A stretch of 64,000 bases of DNA. Source: Takakia lepidozioides (Eukaryota > Plantae > Bryophyta). Both the position numbers and the translations under genes were made by a program. How positions within the stretch are numbered: the stretch's first letter is position 1; every line of letters begins with the position of its first letter. Below are positions 24,701 to 37,399 of the stretch, one piece after another. Under the pieces are notes generated by a model that saw only the letters and a list, made by a program, of their open reading frames with translations, had not been told where the DNA came from and ran no database searches. The stretch is from NCBI GenBank assembly GCA_030704615.1, contig CM060733.1, positions 51,088,001 to 51,152,000 of the forward strand, given 5' to 3'.

Positions 24701-26120
24701 TGGCCCATTGGCCTGACGAAGTTGGAGGTCGACTTCAGCCCGCATATTAGACGTAGCCTTGAGCATTTAGTTTTTCTTCAGGGATCACATGTGCTCTGGC
24801 TTATTTAAAAGTTTTCCTCTGCGTAGGACACTTTCAGTACTAAGAAGTCTAGCGTTATGCTGCTGCATATTACTGGGATGACGTACACTTCTAGTACATG
24901 TACCGGCCGAGAACAAACCTAGAGAGCTCGATATGATAGCCGGCTAGTAGAGAGTGATGTAGATCGCGCGATGCTGCCGATCAGATGCATCCCGGTATGA
25001 TCTTGCCAGCCGAGAGGAGAATCAAGACTTGTAAGGTGCGATGCTTGATTGAGCATGGTGTTCTGAAATTCAAAGAGACATTAGAGACCAAGCTAGACGA
25101 GTATTTGTACACTTAAGGCCGCAACTTATTGACGTGATCAGATCACAGCTCTCATTGGAATGTTGTGAGGGGTACCAGCATCAATTTATGCACCCCTGCA
25201 CCTAGTGCAGCTGGTCAGTCGCTTCCAGCGATAACACAGAGGAATATGATGATCAAGTCCGCGGGCAAGCCCGAGCCTAGGCCGATCAGATCAAGCCAAC
25301 TACATTGTTTGAAAGATCTGAGTCCGATTCATGCATATTTGAGTCTAGAGAAAATCACCAAGGGACTTCAACATACTTAGCAGCTATGAAGATCACTATT
25401 CATAAGATTGACGGCTGTCCCCCCCAAACTGCGCGCCTCCATCTCAACCTGTCTGTTCTCTAGTACCAGCCATATCTACGCTGGGTAATCGCCAATTGGT
25501 AGAATCGAGTGGCAGAAGTTGATAGTCTTACATCTAAAAGTGTGCAAACTGATCACAACGTTCGCCCCAGACTTACTCCTACGAAGGCGGTCGATTTCCC
25601 CGACTGCGGCGGTTATTACTTGTTACCACTGACCACAAAACTCTTCGGGCCATACCGATATATGCGATGCCTGGCCTTCTGAGATGATATGCTTACTAAC
25701 TAAAGTGATTTTAAATTTGTTCCCAAATGTTTTCCCTCTAGTCGCTGGAGTATTATAGTAACTCTTCCAACGAGCATGGAAAGGGGGGGAATACATTCTG
25801 TTGATGGTACCGAGAAAGTTCCCTACAGACCTGGCCTTGATGCAGTCAAAATGACAGGTGCCCGCAAAATTGAAGCATGAGGATCAGGGCAGCAAATTGA
25901 AGGCCTTCATTGAACATTTTTCCCATCAAAGGCTATCCCGCATGGCAGGAAGAACCGGTCCTTTCATCAAGCTCGTGCCAGTGTTGTGGAAGAACACGAA
26001 GAATGCTTATCATACCCGCCTTAATCAGGATGTTCTAGATGCAGCATGCATGTTTATCTCTCTAAATGCTCCAGCTATCAAAATTATGGGTTGACTGTAA
26101 TACTGCATTTTCTGGGGATT
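21792..26120 (+). repeat. Copy B of the ~4.3 kb local duplication
   Basis: Collinear with 11998-16258. Its upstream extension 21625-21805 also matches 18240-18405. Confidence 0.9.
22309..22920. mobile_element. Copy-B-specific ~610-bp insertion, probable MITE
   Basis: Absent at the equivalent site in copy A (about 12560). Begins TA|CCGTCCCTG and ends CAGGGAC; the right junction is imperfect. Confidence 0.6.
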
Positions 26121-26879
26121 TGTGAGCTTACGGCTCCTGTTCTGATCAGAATCTCGCAACACTGGCATCGCAGAGTACGCCCTTCAGCCATGGCCCAAAC
26201 ACATGTTACTGGGTCCTCTCTAATAACCAACCTCTTTCGGAGAGGGCACCAAGTTCAAGGCGGACAGGGGAGATCTCCACCCATTGAAATATCCTGAGGC
26301 TGGGGATGCTGCGAACCCCCAAATATGACGTGAGGAAGACTTTTCAGATTTGCTTATGATCCCCAGAGGCTGCAATGCTACAGATCTAATGACACATACC
26401 AATAGAAATAATGCTGGCGGGACCCATCGAGACCGCAATGGCGATACGACGGCAGTCGCTGGTGGGGACGCGGAATGGGCGTCAAGCCGCTGGCACCATC
26501 TCCTCTTTCTACTTCAACCATACCACTGGGGGGGTTGCTATTCTGCCATCAGCCATCAGTCAGCAATCAATGTGACGTGGATGCATGAACACCAGCCACG
26601 TGGACATCAATAAATGTTTCTCGGGCTGCCCGAATTTGTGCTTGGATTCATGATAGACATTAATTAATGCAGAATGACACGGTATTGTCCCGAAATACCA
26701 CTTTTGGTTAGAGAAGGTGGAGAACTACTGGAAAACTGGAAAACTAAAAATATTTCTGCGATCTATAATCTTAGCGTCTGAAAGTATAAACCTACAGCAA
26801 ACATGGACTGTTAAAAAAAAGCATCACACATGTTATCAAATAATCTAGACAACACATCAAAAGGTTGACTACAAAATTC

Positions 26880-27290
26880 TGGGGACACCACTTTCATTCG
26901 CCGAAGGTGGGCAAAAAAATCAGAAGGTCTAGAGGTCCACAATATAATCTTGGGGAGACGACCTTTTTTTGACAAAGGTAGGAAAAAGAAAAAAAAGTCC
27001 AAAAAATAATTTGGGGGCACCACCTCGTCCGAACAAGGTGAGCATAAAAATCAAAGATACAAATTTTTTTTTGGAGGAGACCACCTTCGTGGGGAATAAA
27101 AGTCAAAGATCCAAAAACAATTGGGCATAAATATCAAGGGTCAAAGACATTTTATGCGATAGACCACCTTTATTCGCTGAAAATGGGCATAAAAATCCAA
27201 AATATTGCTTTGTGGAGACCATGGTAATCTGCCGTAGGTGGGCATAGAAATCAGTAGGCCTAAGTCAATTTTGGGGCAGACCACCTCCAT
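26880..27290. repeat. Degenerate tandem array of ~60-70 bp units
   Basis: Recurring GAGACCACCTT...AAGGTGGGCATAAAAATC-like unit, 6-7 copies. Confidence 0.6.
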
Positions 27291-28249
27291 TTTTCATTTT
27301 TCTTCCTTATACCTTCGTCCGTCGAACGTAATTTTTCTTGGGCAGGTTCGTTGAGCAACTTCAAATATTTCTGGTGACCTTCGTTGACCTTCGTCACTGG
27401 TGGATTTATGCTGATAACTGACAGAATAGGAGAACATAACTCTTATGCCCGGGTGAGTACTGGTATTGTCATGAACCCCCCACCAAAAAGAACACTCAAT
27501 ATCCCCATAGTACTTACCCATACCCTCTCAAAGGCGAAACCAACTTGTTGTTTCTTCCTTAAACCAAATCTATTATCATTAATGCTTACATCAAACTTGA
27601 GCTCTTGACGTACAATGGAATGCTACTATGACTCTTCTGCCCAATACAAAGCGTCAGCTAGATTCTACATGGCCTCGATGGTGACCTTGGCTTGCTGGGG
27701 TGGGACTAGGATGACAAACTTTTACCGTGCTCTACTCAGACCATATCTATCTTCTACCAACATTAATCTATCCATCAAATATAACAGGCCACTGGGTGAA
27801 ACTCATGCACGTAGGGCAACCTTCTAACCACATCAAGGCCGCTACTAACAAGAGAGTAAATGAGTCAAAATACTGATATGTAGTGTACCCCTTTTTGTTT
27901 GTGCTAAATTTTTTCAAGCCCGGATCAATAATAAAGACGACAATCTTTTAGCAGTAACCAGATTCAGTATTACTCATGTCAAGGAATACAATGCTGACTC
28001 TACTAGTATACCAACTGATTGCTGTTACTTCACATGTCCAACCACATGCTCAACAATTTCCAAGCTCCATGTGAAATATGCTAAGATTTCACAGAACAAC
28101 ATAAATTTAAATTTAAAATAATAATAATAATAATAATGTGTGATAACGTCACGACCAGGCTACGTACTTGCTACAACTAACTAGTACCTCGTTGGCGGAT
28201 CGAAATGAGTGTCTTGTGGTTGGTTACAAGTGACTAGTGGGTGACTAGT

Positions 28250-29405
28250 TACTCTGCCAAGAAGACTGTCCAAATGTTGATCTCATCCAAAACTCCCACT
28301 CTACGGATGGGACAATATTCTTGAGCTGAAATCTTCACACAGAAGTAAGGCCAAGGAGTCCACACGCACTGGAACTTATCGGTGGGTACAGGTTTGGTAA
28401 GCACATCGGCAATTTGGTCCTCAGTATGAATATATGTGACATGCTTTTCACGAATGATATGAAAAGCAACGTCAATATGCTTGGTCCTACGATGAAACTC
28501 AAGATTCTTCACAAGTTGAATATTGCAAGATTGGTTGTCACTTAGCAAACTGGTTGGCTCATGTTGGGGATAACCAATGTTGCTCAGCAAGCGACGATGC
28601 CACACAATTATCTCCTTGGTGGCAAGAGCTCCAGCAATATATTCGGATTTTGTTATACTGCTGGATGTGCAGGGTTGCTTTCGACTAGCCCAGGCAACAG
28701 GTCAGCTGTTAAGGAAGAACACCACTCCCGATCAAGACTCCCCGTCATCAATATCCGTAGCATAGTAACCAGAGTGGTTCTGAACAACTTTGGTGCCCAT
28801 CTTCACAACTCTAAGTTCTGAAAATAGGTTCTGACCCAAGCCTGGAACATACAACACATTCATCATCTGGCTTTCATACCAAATGCCATTGGCAAAAACC
28901 TCAATGTCAATAGTCCCTACACCATGTACCTCGAGCTTGATGCCTCCCACTCCTTCAATAAACTCTCAACGACCAGAAATGCTCTCAAAGTGTGTAAACC
29001 AATCTCATCTCATGGTCATGTGTTGCGTGCGTCCAAAGTCTGCTATCAATATGTTCATGTTGTTTTCCTTTGCGTGATTCACTGAGGCCATCCACGCCTT
29101 GTAGGTCGATGTAGTTGTCTTGGTTTCAGATTTCACACCCTTATCGCCTTTGGCATTCTTTGTCTTGGCCTTGGGCTCATTTGGCACTCTCTGGCCCAAC
29201 GGTTCCCTACAATTGAAGCATGTGGTGCTTTCTTTCTCCTTCTGAATGGCATCTCGACTATCTTTTCTTTGTTCCGGAGTCAATGAAGGTCGACTCGATG
29301 TCGTGCCAGACTGCTACCCTCTGTTCTTCGCTGCAACAAATGCTTTGTTGCTCTTTGACTCTTTTGCTTCTTCATTCTCTCGACCTTCCTCAGTTAGCAA
29401 TCGAG
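28250..29405 (-). mobile_element. Internally deleted Ty1/copia relic (gag knuckle, protease region, RNase H end)
   Basis: TCFNCRE; NVLYVPGLGQNLFS; LSDNQSC...FHRRTKHIDVAFHIIRE...EDQIADVLTKP. Confidence 0.85.
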
Positions 29406-29412
29406 AGGTTAA

Positions 29413-29558
29413 AGACGTACATGCGTAGGGTGGACGTGCAAGATCAGCTGAGGGGAGCCTATAGCATGCAGCTCAAAACCATGAAGTGGTGGCACAGGGT
29501 TTTTTTCTTTCTTCTGGATACCACCATGGTCAATATCTACATTTGCATGTATCCTTGA
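29413..29558 (+). pseudogene. piggyBac transposase fragment (C-terminal part of the DDD domain)
   Basis: TYMRRVDVQDQLRGAYSMQLKTMKWWHRVFFFLLDTTMVNIYI matches the piggyBac consensus Y-M-G-G-V-D-x-x-D-Q...K-W-W...F-x-L-L-D...N-x-Y-I. Confidence 0.8.
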
Positions 29559-31939
29559 CGAAGGCCATGGGCGTGAGAACAATGACCCACCTCGTAGGCA
29601 TTTCACTGCCAATCTATTTTGCTCGACTAAGAAATTCATCTCATTCTCGGAGAATGACCTTGCATTTGACCTTGCACAGACAAAACACAACGACACAAAA
29701 ATAGAGAGAGTCGGGGAGGCATTGCGAAACCTGGATTGAGCGACATGATTCCCGCCAAAGCCAAGGCAATAGAGGCTATTGAGCATAGGGTCCCATGGCT
29801 TGGAAGCGAGCTAGCCTAGCAGGAATTCCTCTCCCTCCACAGCGCAACAAGCGAGGTCTCAGTGCAGCGCCTCGCATGCTCAGCCCGCCGCCATCGACAA
29901 CCAGCATGTAGCCCAGCACATACCACGTTGGATGTGGTTGTGGGTTCAAACCACGGTCTGGTGTGTCATGAAGGTGTCCACCTTCCTAGGTGAAGACAAT
30001 AGAAGTGACTCCAAGTTACGCTTCCTTCAGGAGGCGTCATACTTTACTTTTTGCCCGCCATCTTCACACGCCGGATGAATGTTCTGCCATTGGACGAAAC
30101 ATCAACATCCGTCCAATGGATCATCCGCTAGGTACGTAGGAGTTAGCAAAAGGTAAATAAAACATATTTTCACCTCACTGGCTCACTGGTGTGCGTGACC
30201 CCCTCGATCCTTGGCTTGCATGCCGGGGAGATGGTGATGTTGCATTTGTGCTCTGTCTTTGTGGGGCCGCTAAGATTGCGTCTCTCATGCGACTGATGAA
30301 GTGGAAGAGGGATGACACAAGTGACACTTCTGGATTTGAAGCACAATACCGGAAGATATGGATCGGAGGAAGAGAATAAGGGGGATATCTTGACAGACGG
30401 GACGAGCCACCGGAAAAGGAGGTTGAGTGTAAGGAGGTTGAGTGTGGATTTTGGTGTGGAGGCAGCAGCTAAGAAGAGGCAAAAAGATGCAAGGAGATTC
30501 AGTGAATCCGCTCAGATAAAGGAGGAGAGTGCGCAATTCTTTGAGCATGCTAAAGTTGATTTTAGTGTAACAGAGGTCCTACGCGATCGGAAGAGGAAGT
30601 GGGAGGGCGGGGATTTGGGGGAAGAGGATGAGAATTTGGGAGACGAGGGTGGTGTAGGAGGCGCAGCCAACGCAGATAATTTAAGAAGATTAGGTTCTGA
30701 TTTATCTGGAATTGTCGAAGGAGGGAATGATGCGCTTGGAGCGCAAGATGTAGAAGGCGGCAAGCAGGAAGTACAGAAAGACAGGAGTAATCAGGTTAGA
30801 GATAGACCCAGGAAGAGGGGCAAGAGAAACGTGAAGACGGATGACACCGTAGGTTTGAGCGATATCAATGGATCTTGGGCAAACTCTCTCTCAGGTTCTC
30901 ACTTGGTAAGCCGCGGGCTTCTTTGTTGCTGGTTGTCTTTCATATCGTGTTGCAAACTTCGCATCTTCAGTTGTAAGTATTCAATTTTCTTGGGGGGGCA
31001 GGAAGGTGGAGGACTGGAATACAATGCTGACTCGGATGTGGCATAGCTCCTACAGAGTACTAACCCTTCTCAAGCGCAGGTTTAAGAGGGGTTTAGCGAG
31101 GCCACAGAAAGCAGGTGCGTCCTAGCCTGTGGAGAGAGCACCAACTTACAGCTCTCTATAATTTGCAAAAGGATCTGACAAATGAGACCTAGATGTTTTT
31201 GGGGGGGGACAACTGATCCCCGGGCAATCCATAGAGCAAGGTTTGGTAAGGAAGGGGAGTGATGGCTGGAGGGTGGTTCTGTAAGGTCATGTGCAGGACT
31301 TGATGGTGAGTTTGAAGCAACTCGCCATGGAGCGTCTTCATAGCACAGGAGAAAATGCCCTTGCTGGCCTCCTCACTCCCACAGCTCTACTCACTATCAG
31401 TGAGTGTCATCAACTCCTTCAATGTACATTGAAAGCAGTTCTTTTTCTTGGTTGACTTTTCCAGAGTGAAATGACTTTTGAGTTATGTGTTGTGGGATGG
31501 ACCAGGTGTGATATTGCAAGAGTTTGTCAGGGACCGAATGCAGACATCCTGTCCTTCCTTGCAGGTAGATGAACCTCCCGGTGAAGTCCCCTCCCAAAAG
31601 TGAGGTGAACGGGCATTCGATTGGGCAATGCTTACACCCAAGGAAAATCCGACTGAAGAGGATGGTGCGTCGGGTCTCAATTCCAAAGAACACACTTCGA
31701 GAGTGTTAAGTCTTCTGTTTCACAGAGCTAGTATGGAAAACTGGAGCTCAAATTGTCTGCTCACACAGTTGCAACAAAGGTGTTCCTGGGCAAATTTCAC
31801 AGCAGAATATAGGGAGGCAGTCACTGAGAGAAAGCACGAGGGAGGGAGGGAGGGAGGGAGGGAGGGAGGGCCTCATGCAGATAAGCTGCCAAGCATAATG
31901 GAAGACCTCAGTGAGAGATGAGAAAGAAAGAAAGATGCT

Positions 31940-32947
31940 GCATAACGTCCGCATGGGCACCAGAGAACAGAAGGCCTCACGTGAGGGTCCTATTTGCAAT
32001 GAGTTTGCAGAGAGAGCCTCTGTATGGGGTTCTCTTGAAACTTGTGGTAAGTGGCAATGGGGGACCTGTGGCATTCGGTCAAGCTACCCATCAAATGCAT
32101 CAGCAGATGGGTCATTACAAGCAGTGGAGATTGATGGATGTTGGTGGCTAGCATACATGGAGACATTGAAGACCCTTGACGGAGAATTTCAAGGATACAA
32201 GTGAATGGAAAGTGGAGAAGGTGGTGAAAATGGCAAGACAAGATATTGTCACCTCTCTGGGCTGGGTTCTGCCGCGGGATCTGCTCCAGTCTTTTGGTAG
32301 CATGTTCAATATGAGCTATAGAGGGGCCCAGACATACATAGATAAAAATTCTCCTTCTGGAGACAAAGACAGTGATGATCTGCTGCACGTGCTAAAATTT
32401 CTTCCTTTCAACCAAGACATCACAGCAGCAGGGGGAAACAATATGAGGGAAACCTTTCTTTTGTGCGCAACTTAGACTGCTGGATGGGCAATTTAAGAAC
32501 CACTGGGTAGCCACATTTGGCACCTTGAGGGTGGAGCTAGAGAGATACCACCAAGCTCAAAAAGGGTCGAGAGAGATTCTGCCAGTATTTGTGATGACAG
32601 ACCTTCCATCAAGGAACTGGACAGGAACATTCCTTCAGCAGATGGTGGATGCTAAGACCTTGTATCGTGTCCTAGCACTTGATGGGAGCGACAATATTTT
32701 GCAAGAGACTGCCAGAAAGCTTCGAAGTTGGGAATATGCATTCAGGTCAGGCTATGTACCTGGAGGGCTGGAAGGGTCCAGGGTGCCATCAATGGAGCCG
32801 TTAACAGAGATATCAGACATCTTTCTCTATGTCGAAGAAATGGTCTGTAGTTGTGCATCTCTTGGGTTTGTAGGCACGAGTGGATCAACTGTCGCTGATA
32901 ATATAAAGGATCTGAGAATGGCCGATGTGGTACCCATGTTCGGTTAG
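31940..32947 (+). pseudogene. GDP-fucose O-fucosyltransferase-family gene (OFUT30-like), disrupted
   Basis: PFFCAQLRLLDGQFKNHW, VFVMTDLP..NWTGTFL and LYVEEMVCSCASLGFVGTSGSTVADNI. Frameshift at about 32450 and further frame breaks upstream. Confidence 0.8.
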
Positions 32948-33276
32948 TGCGAGCATTGATACTTGGCTATATGGCGAGCTTGGAAATCAAATCTCAAAGA
33001 GCAGAGCAGAGTAGGGCCCACTGTCAGTGCTAAGGCTTGCTCCAGTGGTATACTTTTGTGGAGATTGATTCTGGCCTCCTGGATTTCTTGCAGGAGCTTT
33101 TGGACCACCAATTTTCTGCATCACTTTCCAGAATTATTGAGAAATAATGTACTCATAAGATGTTTGCCGTGGCCTTTTGGACATAGACCCTGCACCCTGT
33201 TTGTGTGGGGCTCACTCCAGTAGTGGGACTTACCTTGATTATAAGAAATTAGAATGGTGTGGAAAGGAACTCAGAA

Positions 33277-35404
33277 TCAAGACATCTGAGCCTCAGCAGA
33301 AGCCACAGAAGGGGCACTCGCCTTGCCAGCCATGTATGTAAGGTAGATAGTCCAAAGGAAGGAGCAGCAATTACTGAAAAAAGGCTGTGCACCCCCCCAC
33401 CCCCCCCCCAACAATGATATCCAAGTGTCACCAACTAAACACACATTCGCCCTTGTGATACAATCTACGAATTGAAGGCATAGAATCTCAGATGTTGCCA
33501 TCATATTCCTATTAAGCCTAGTTATGCTTACTGCATAAACTGAGACTGGTGACACAAGCGGATTGAGGAAAAGGAAAGGCGAGAAAAAGGACCACAGATT
33601 GGCAGAGAAGGGGTGGGTAGGCTTTACCTGGAGGTGCACAGGGAGATAGCGATATGTGATGAAGTCACAGACAGGCCAGTACATCAGTCCATTTTTCAGA
33701 GTGGGAATCAGGTCCCGCTGCAGCCGCTGTGTTATCTGTGACCCTCTTTCACCTGGACACAAAATACCATGTTCATTTCCTAGGGGTCATTATAATGCGG
33801 ACATTTCAGAAACTTGCGCATATCTCGCTTCCTCTCTTCCATCTCACTCAAACAAACAGCAAAGTTGTCATCCCTTGCTGTCACACTTGTGTTGGAACCA
33901 GCTAGACTCTTGCAAAATTGGCTGTGAGTAGCTATGGCCACTTCACAAAGAAACCGCAGAGGGGATACATCTTCCTCTCCACCCTTTAGTGCGGGAATAT
34001 GCACAGGCTCTACAAAACTTGGAATCACAAAGCTCCTTCATTACCAAAAAATGTGGCGGCGGTAATCATACTGATATATCCAGCAGCCATGGGCATCATG
34101 GGCTCCACATCTATACTGTGGGACCCTAGTGCTAGCTATCAGGATTATGAATCTTTTGTGCAAGTCAACTGATCTCAAATTCCCGGATGGAAATGCTATC
34201 ATTTCAGAATGGGACCTTGAAATCTTCAATGAAAATTGCTTGTTATGATTCTGATATAAACAACTCAGTTTTGGGGTATGGACGATACTGTCGCAGCCAG
34301 CTCACAGTCTTGTGGTCAACAAGAGTAGAAAGCATCAGACATTGCCAAACAATGGCTGCTTCTGAAATCACCTTGGGCGTAAGAGTTGATGCTGAAAAAA
34401 GCAGCACAAAAGGCAGGTCCAAAAATAGCCTGCCCAAGTACCAGCTTCTTCAATGTACTCAATAAATCGCGCTTAGGAAGGAACCTTGCCACAGAATTGA
34501 ACCACAGGTGAAGCAAAGGTCCCGACATGAACAACCCCACTGCTAGCATGCGCAGTGACCTGGCTTTGTCCCACTCCACCTTCTGCTCCCCATCCTTTAC
34601 AGTAAGGGCAGCAAGACCCTGGTGGAATATCATCCGCCCACAGTTAACATAACAATCAACACAAACATTCCTGTCACAGACGGGCCTCCAAAAGACAGAA
34701 AACAGGATTGCGGCTTTTCATTGTATCCACCAAACATGGCAGGGCTCCACGTTCATAACTGCTAATCCATTGACAGATTGTTGCATTCTCTTTCAATGAT
34801 CAAGTGTGATCGTTCCGTGAAGAGAAGTTCGGAATAGACTTTTCAAATCCAACACACTGCGGATTATTGAGACAGGATGCATCTGTCGTTGCTGTCAGAT
34901 TCCTGCAATAAAGAGTACCCCACATCTAAGAGATACTCGTATCTACGCAGCCAAATTCCACCGCCCCGCCTACCCCTCCCTATCATATTTATATATTACC
35001 TGCGATGTGAGGTCAGAAGACACGTAGATAGTGCCTGCTGTCAAACTCTTGGTAGCTAGGGGATGCTGATCAAGCTTTCGAAGATACCACGCCACAAAGT
35101 TCAATTTGGAAGCAGGAGCTCCGGGAATCGCCGCCGATTCGGCAGAGCCACCAGGATTTCGAGAACCACTGATCAGCCTCCTCTGAACCCATCTGAAATA
35201 AGACGGAACACTCTTCACATTTTGTACTTCTACATCCACCAAAGACGCCTGTGGGGATCCTGCAGACCTGCTTGCCAGAAAATGCGACCGAGTGGCCTGT
35301 ACCCTAGGATTTGCAGTGGGAAATGCCTGTTCTTTGGACAGCACCTGCTGCAGAGATTCCTTGAGGGAGAGATGGCGGCCACTCCGCGCTGCCACTCTGA
35401 ACAT
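33277..35404 (-). CDS. Mpv17/PMP22 (SYM1-like) membrane protein, 4 exons: 35404-35000, 34618-34372, 33752-33628, 33384-33277; 294 aa
   Basis: All three introns are GT-AG and the phases join into an 885-nt ORF. Motifs WYLRKLDQHPLATKSLTAG...DLTSQ, GPLLHLWF, KKLVLGQAIFGP, YWPVCDFITYRYLPVHLQ and SFLWTIYLTYM. The R/S-rich N-terminus resembles a transit peptide. Confidence 0.93.
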
Positions 35405-35514
35405 GCTGCCTGCCAACACTTCCCTCTGCGGAGGGCTTGCAGACCAAGATGATTTCAGAGACCAGGCTGTTCACCCAACCCTCAACCTAATCCTAACGGT
35501 ATATATATATATAT

Positions 35515-37066
35515 ATTAAAGAAAAGGGGAGGTAGCCCTTCCTCGGCACACTGTCCCAAGCCCTTTTAGGATAGGGATAGGATAGGATAGCCCTTGAAGC
35601 TTTATTGGAATTATTTGTAGGGAAAAAAATTAAAACCCTAGGGTGCCCGAAGGCTGCCATGAGGCATGTACTCACGGTGGACCGTGCTCGATAACTCCCG
35701 AGCAAGAACATGAGAAGAAGACAAGTCCAAAGACAGAGGGCCATGACGGAGGGTCATGAGGGGCCTTAGCGAACAGAACAGAAGGCTACAGCAAACTGCA
35801 GCAGGTTGTTGAAACAGTTACACTAGACTTGGGGGTGATGGGAACCTAGCAAGATCGCCCCTAGCGAAACTACTCTTGCGAAACAAGGCAGATGAACAGG
35901 CTCCTAGAGAGTGAGCCAGGCTACAATCTATCTCTGGTGCTTGGAGAGGGCCTGATGTGTTTCCAGTTGACCTCCGATCGCTCAAATTATGGGGAAGCTG
36001 AATAGGCTAGATCTGTGCCCTCTCCAGCAATCGGGGATTGAATCTGTCCATACACAGGAGAGCTCATCAGAGCATTGACAATTGATCCCAAGCTTCCCCC
36101 AAGTCGAGCGGAAGGCATGGAGGAGTGTTGGCTGATGCTGCGGCTTCATGGCGACCTCTGCACACAAAACCGCCCAGGCTTTCTTAGCTGCCACTTTAAG
36201 GTCAAAGAAAACCAATGTGAGCAGTGCAGTGGGAGAGGTATTGTCGTTGTCCAAGATCCATGCACATCTGCTTTTCCATAAGTTCGAAAGGGTGGTTGTC
36301 CTTAGTGCCTCAAACACAGGGCACTCCGAAACCATTTCTTTGCCCCTTTTGTCATAGTTCAGTAATATGGGCACTGGTAGCAGAGGCATCAGGCCCCAGG
36401 CTTGGTAGAATTTTCTCACCATGGGCCGTATAGTATGTGGAGCAACACAATCAATCAGGCAGTGTTCAAGGGATTCAATGATCCCTATATTGCAACATTG
36501 ACAAAGCAGAGCTTCCCTGAAGTTCAAGAACTAGCCCACCTTTAGAACCATGTTGGCTATTTGCCAAAGGAAGGCACTGACCTTAGCCAATTTGGTTTTG
36601 TCCCAAATGACAGCCCAGATACACTTCCAGTTTTCATTAGCAAAGTTTTCATGACTCCATCTATCATTCCATTTTGCAAAGAGAGGTTTAGCGCTCAATA
36701 TGTCCATCGATACGCTTTCTTTGCAGAATAGGAGAAAAAGGGGTGGTAGTCGTTCTAAAATTTCCAATTCCATTCAGCCGGGTCAAGCTGCAGGGAGGGA
36801 ATGTTAGTACCTCCAATGAGGACGAATTTAGCGCTTTTCAACCAAGGAAGGATTGGAGAAACCACCGGAGCCATTGGGTCAAGGGGTCTGGATTTGTCAG
36901 ACCATAAACAGATACGAGCAGGAGACACGAGGGAGGAGGGGATGGTGGTAGCCTGTAGAGATGTTAAAGAAAGGAAGCCGGTGAGGGGATCCGCAGAGAA
37001 TTCGTAGCCAGTAACAGAGTGGGGAATATTTGCCTTTTCATTCTTCCTCTTGGATGGCAGTGACAC
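35515..37066 (-). mobile_element. L1-type LINE 3' fragment (ORF2 zf-RVT region plus 3' UTR)
   Basis: WKCIW...KVSAFLWQIANMVLKVG*...CQCC...ESLEHCLIDC, ending at a (TA)n tract near 35500-35516. Confidence 0.8.
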
Positions 37067-37399
37067 ATTCGCATTTTTTTATTTTTTATTTTATTTTGTG
37101 TGTATTTACCTGAATTGAAGTTGGGGAAAGGACCAGGGATGGCGGCGAGGAGCTCCGCGTTTTGCGGTGAGAGGAGGCTCGCCCAACGGACACCTTCGTC
37201 TCCTTACGATCTCAAGGGCCTTCTGAGGCTTGAAGGATTCAGGCCTGGCCCCCTCCTTCAGAGCCCTTTATCACTGTTAACCGTGTGCCCTCAGTCTGGC
37301 GATAAAAAAGAACCTTGTCTCGCGTTTTTCTGTCAAGCGGTCGCTTTCCAATGAACTACCTTCGCTCGATCTGTTGATGAAGGTCTCCTTCATCCCCTA

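Noticed and set aside
27300-27830. Coding-like stretch on the minus strand
   Set aside because: Multiple stops and no motif that I could assign.
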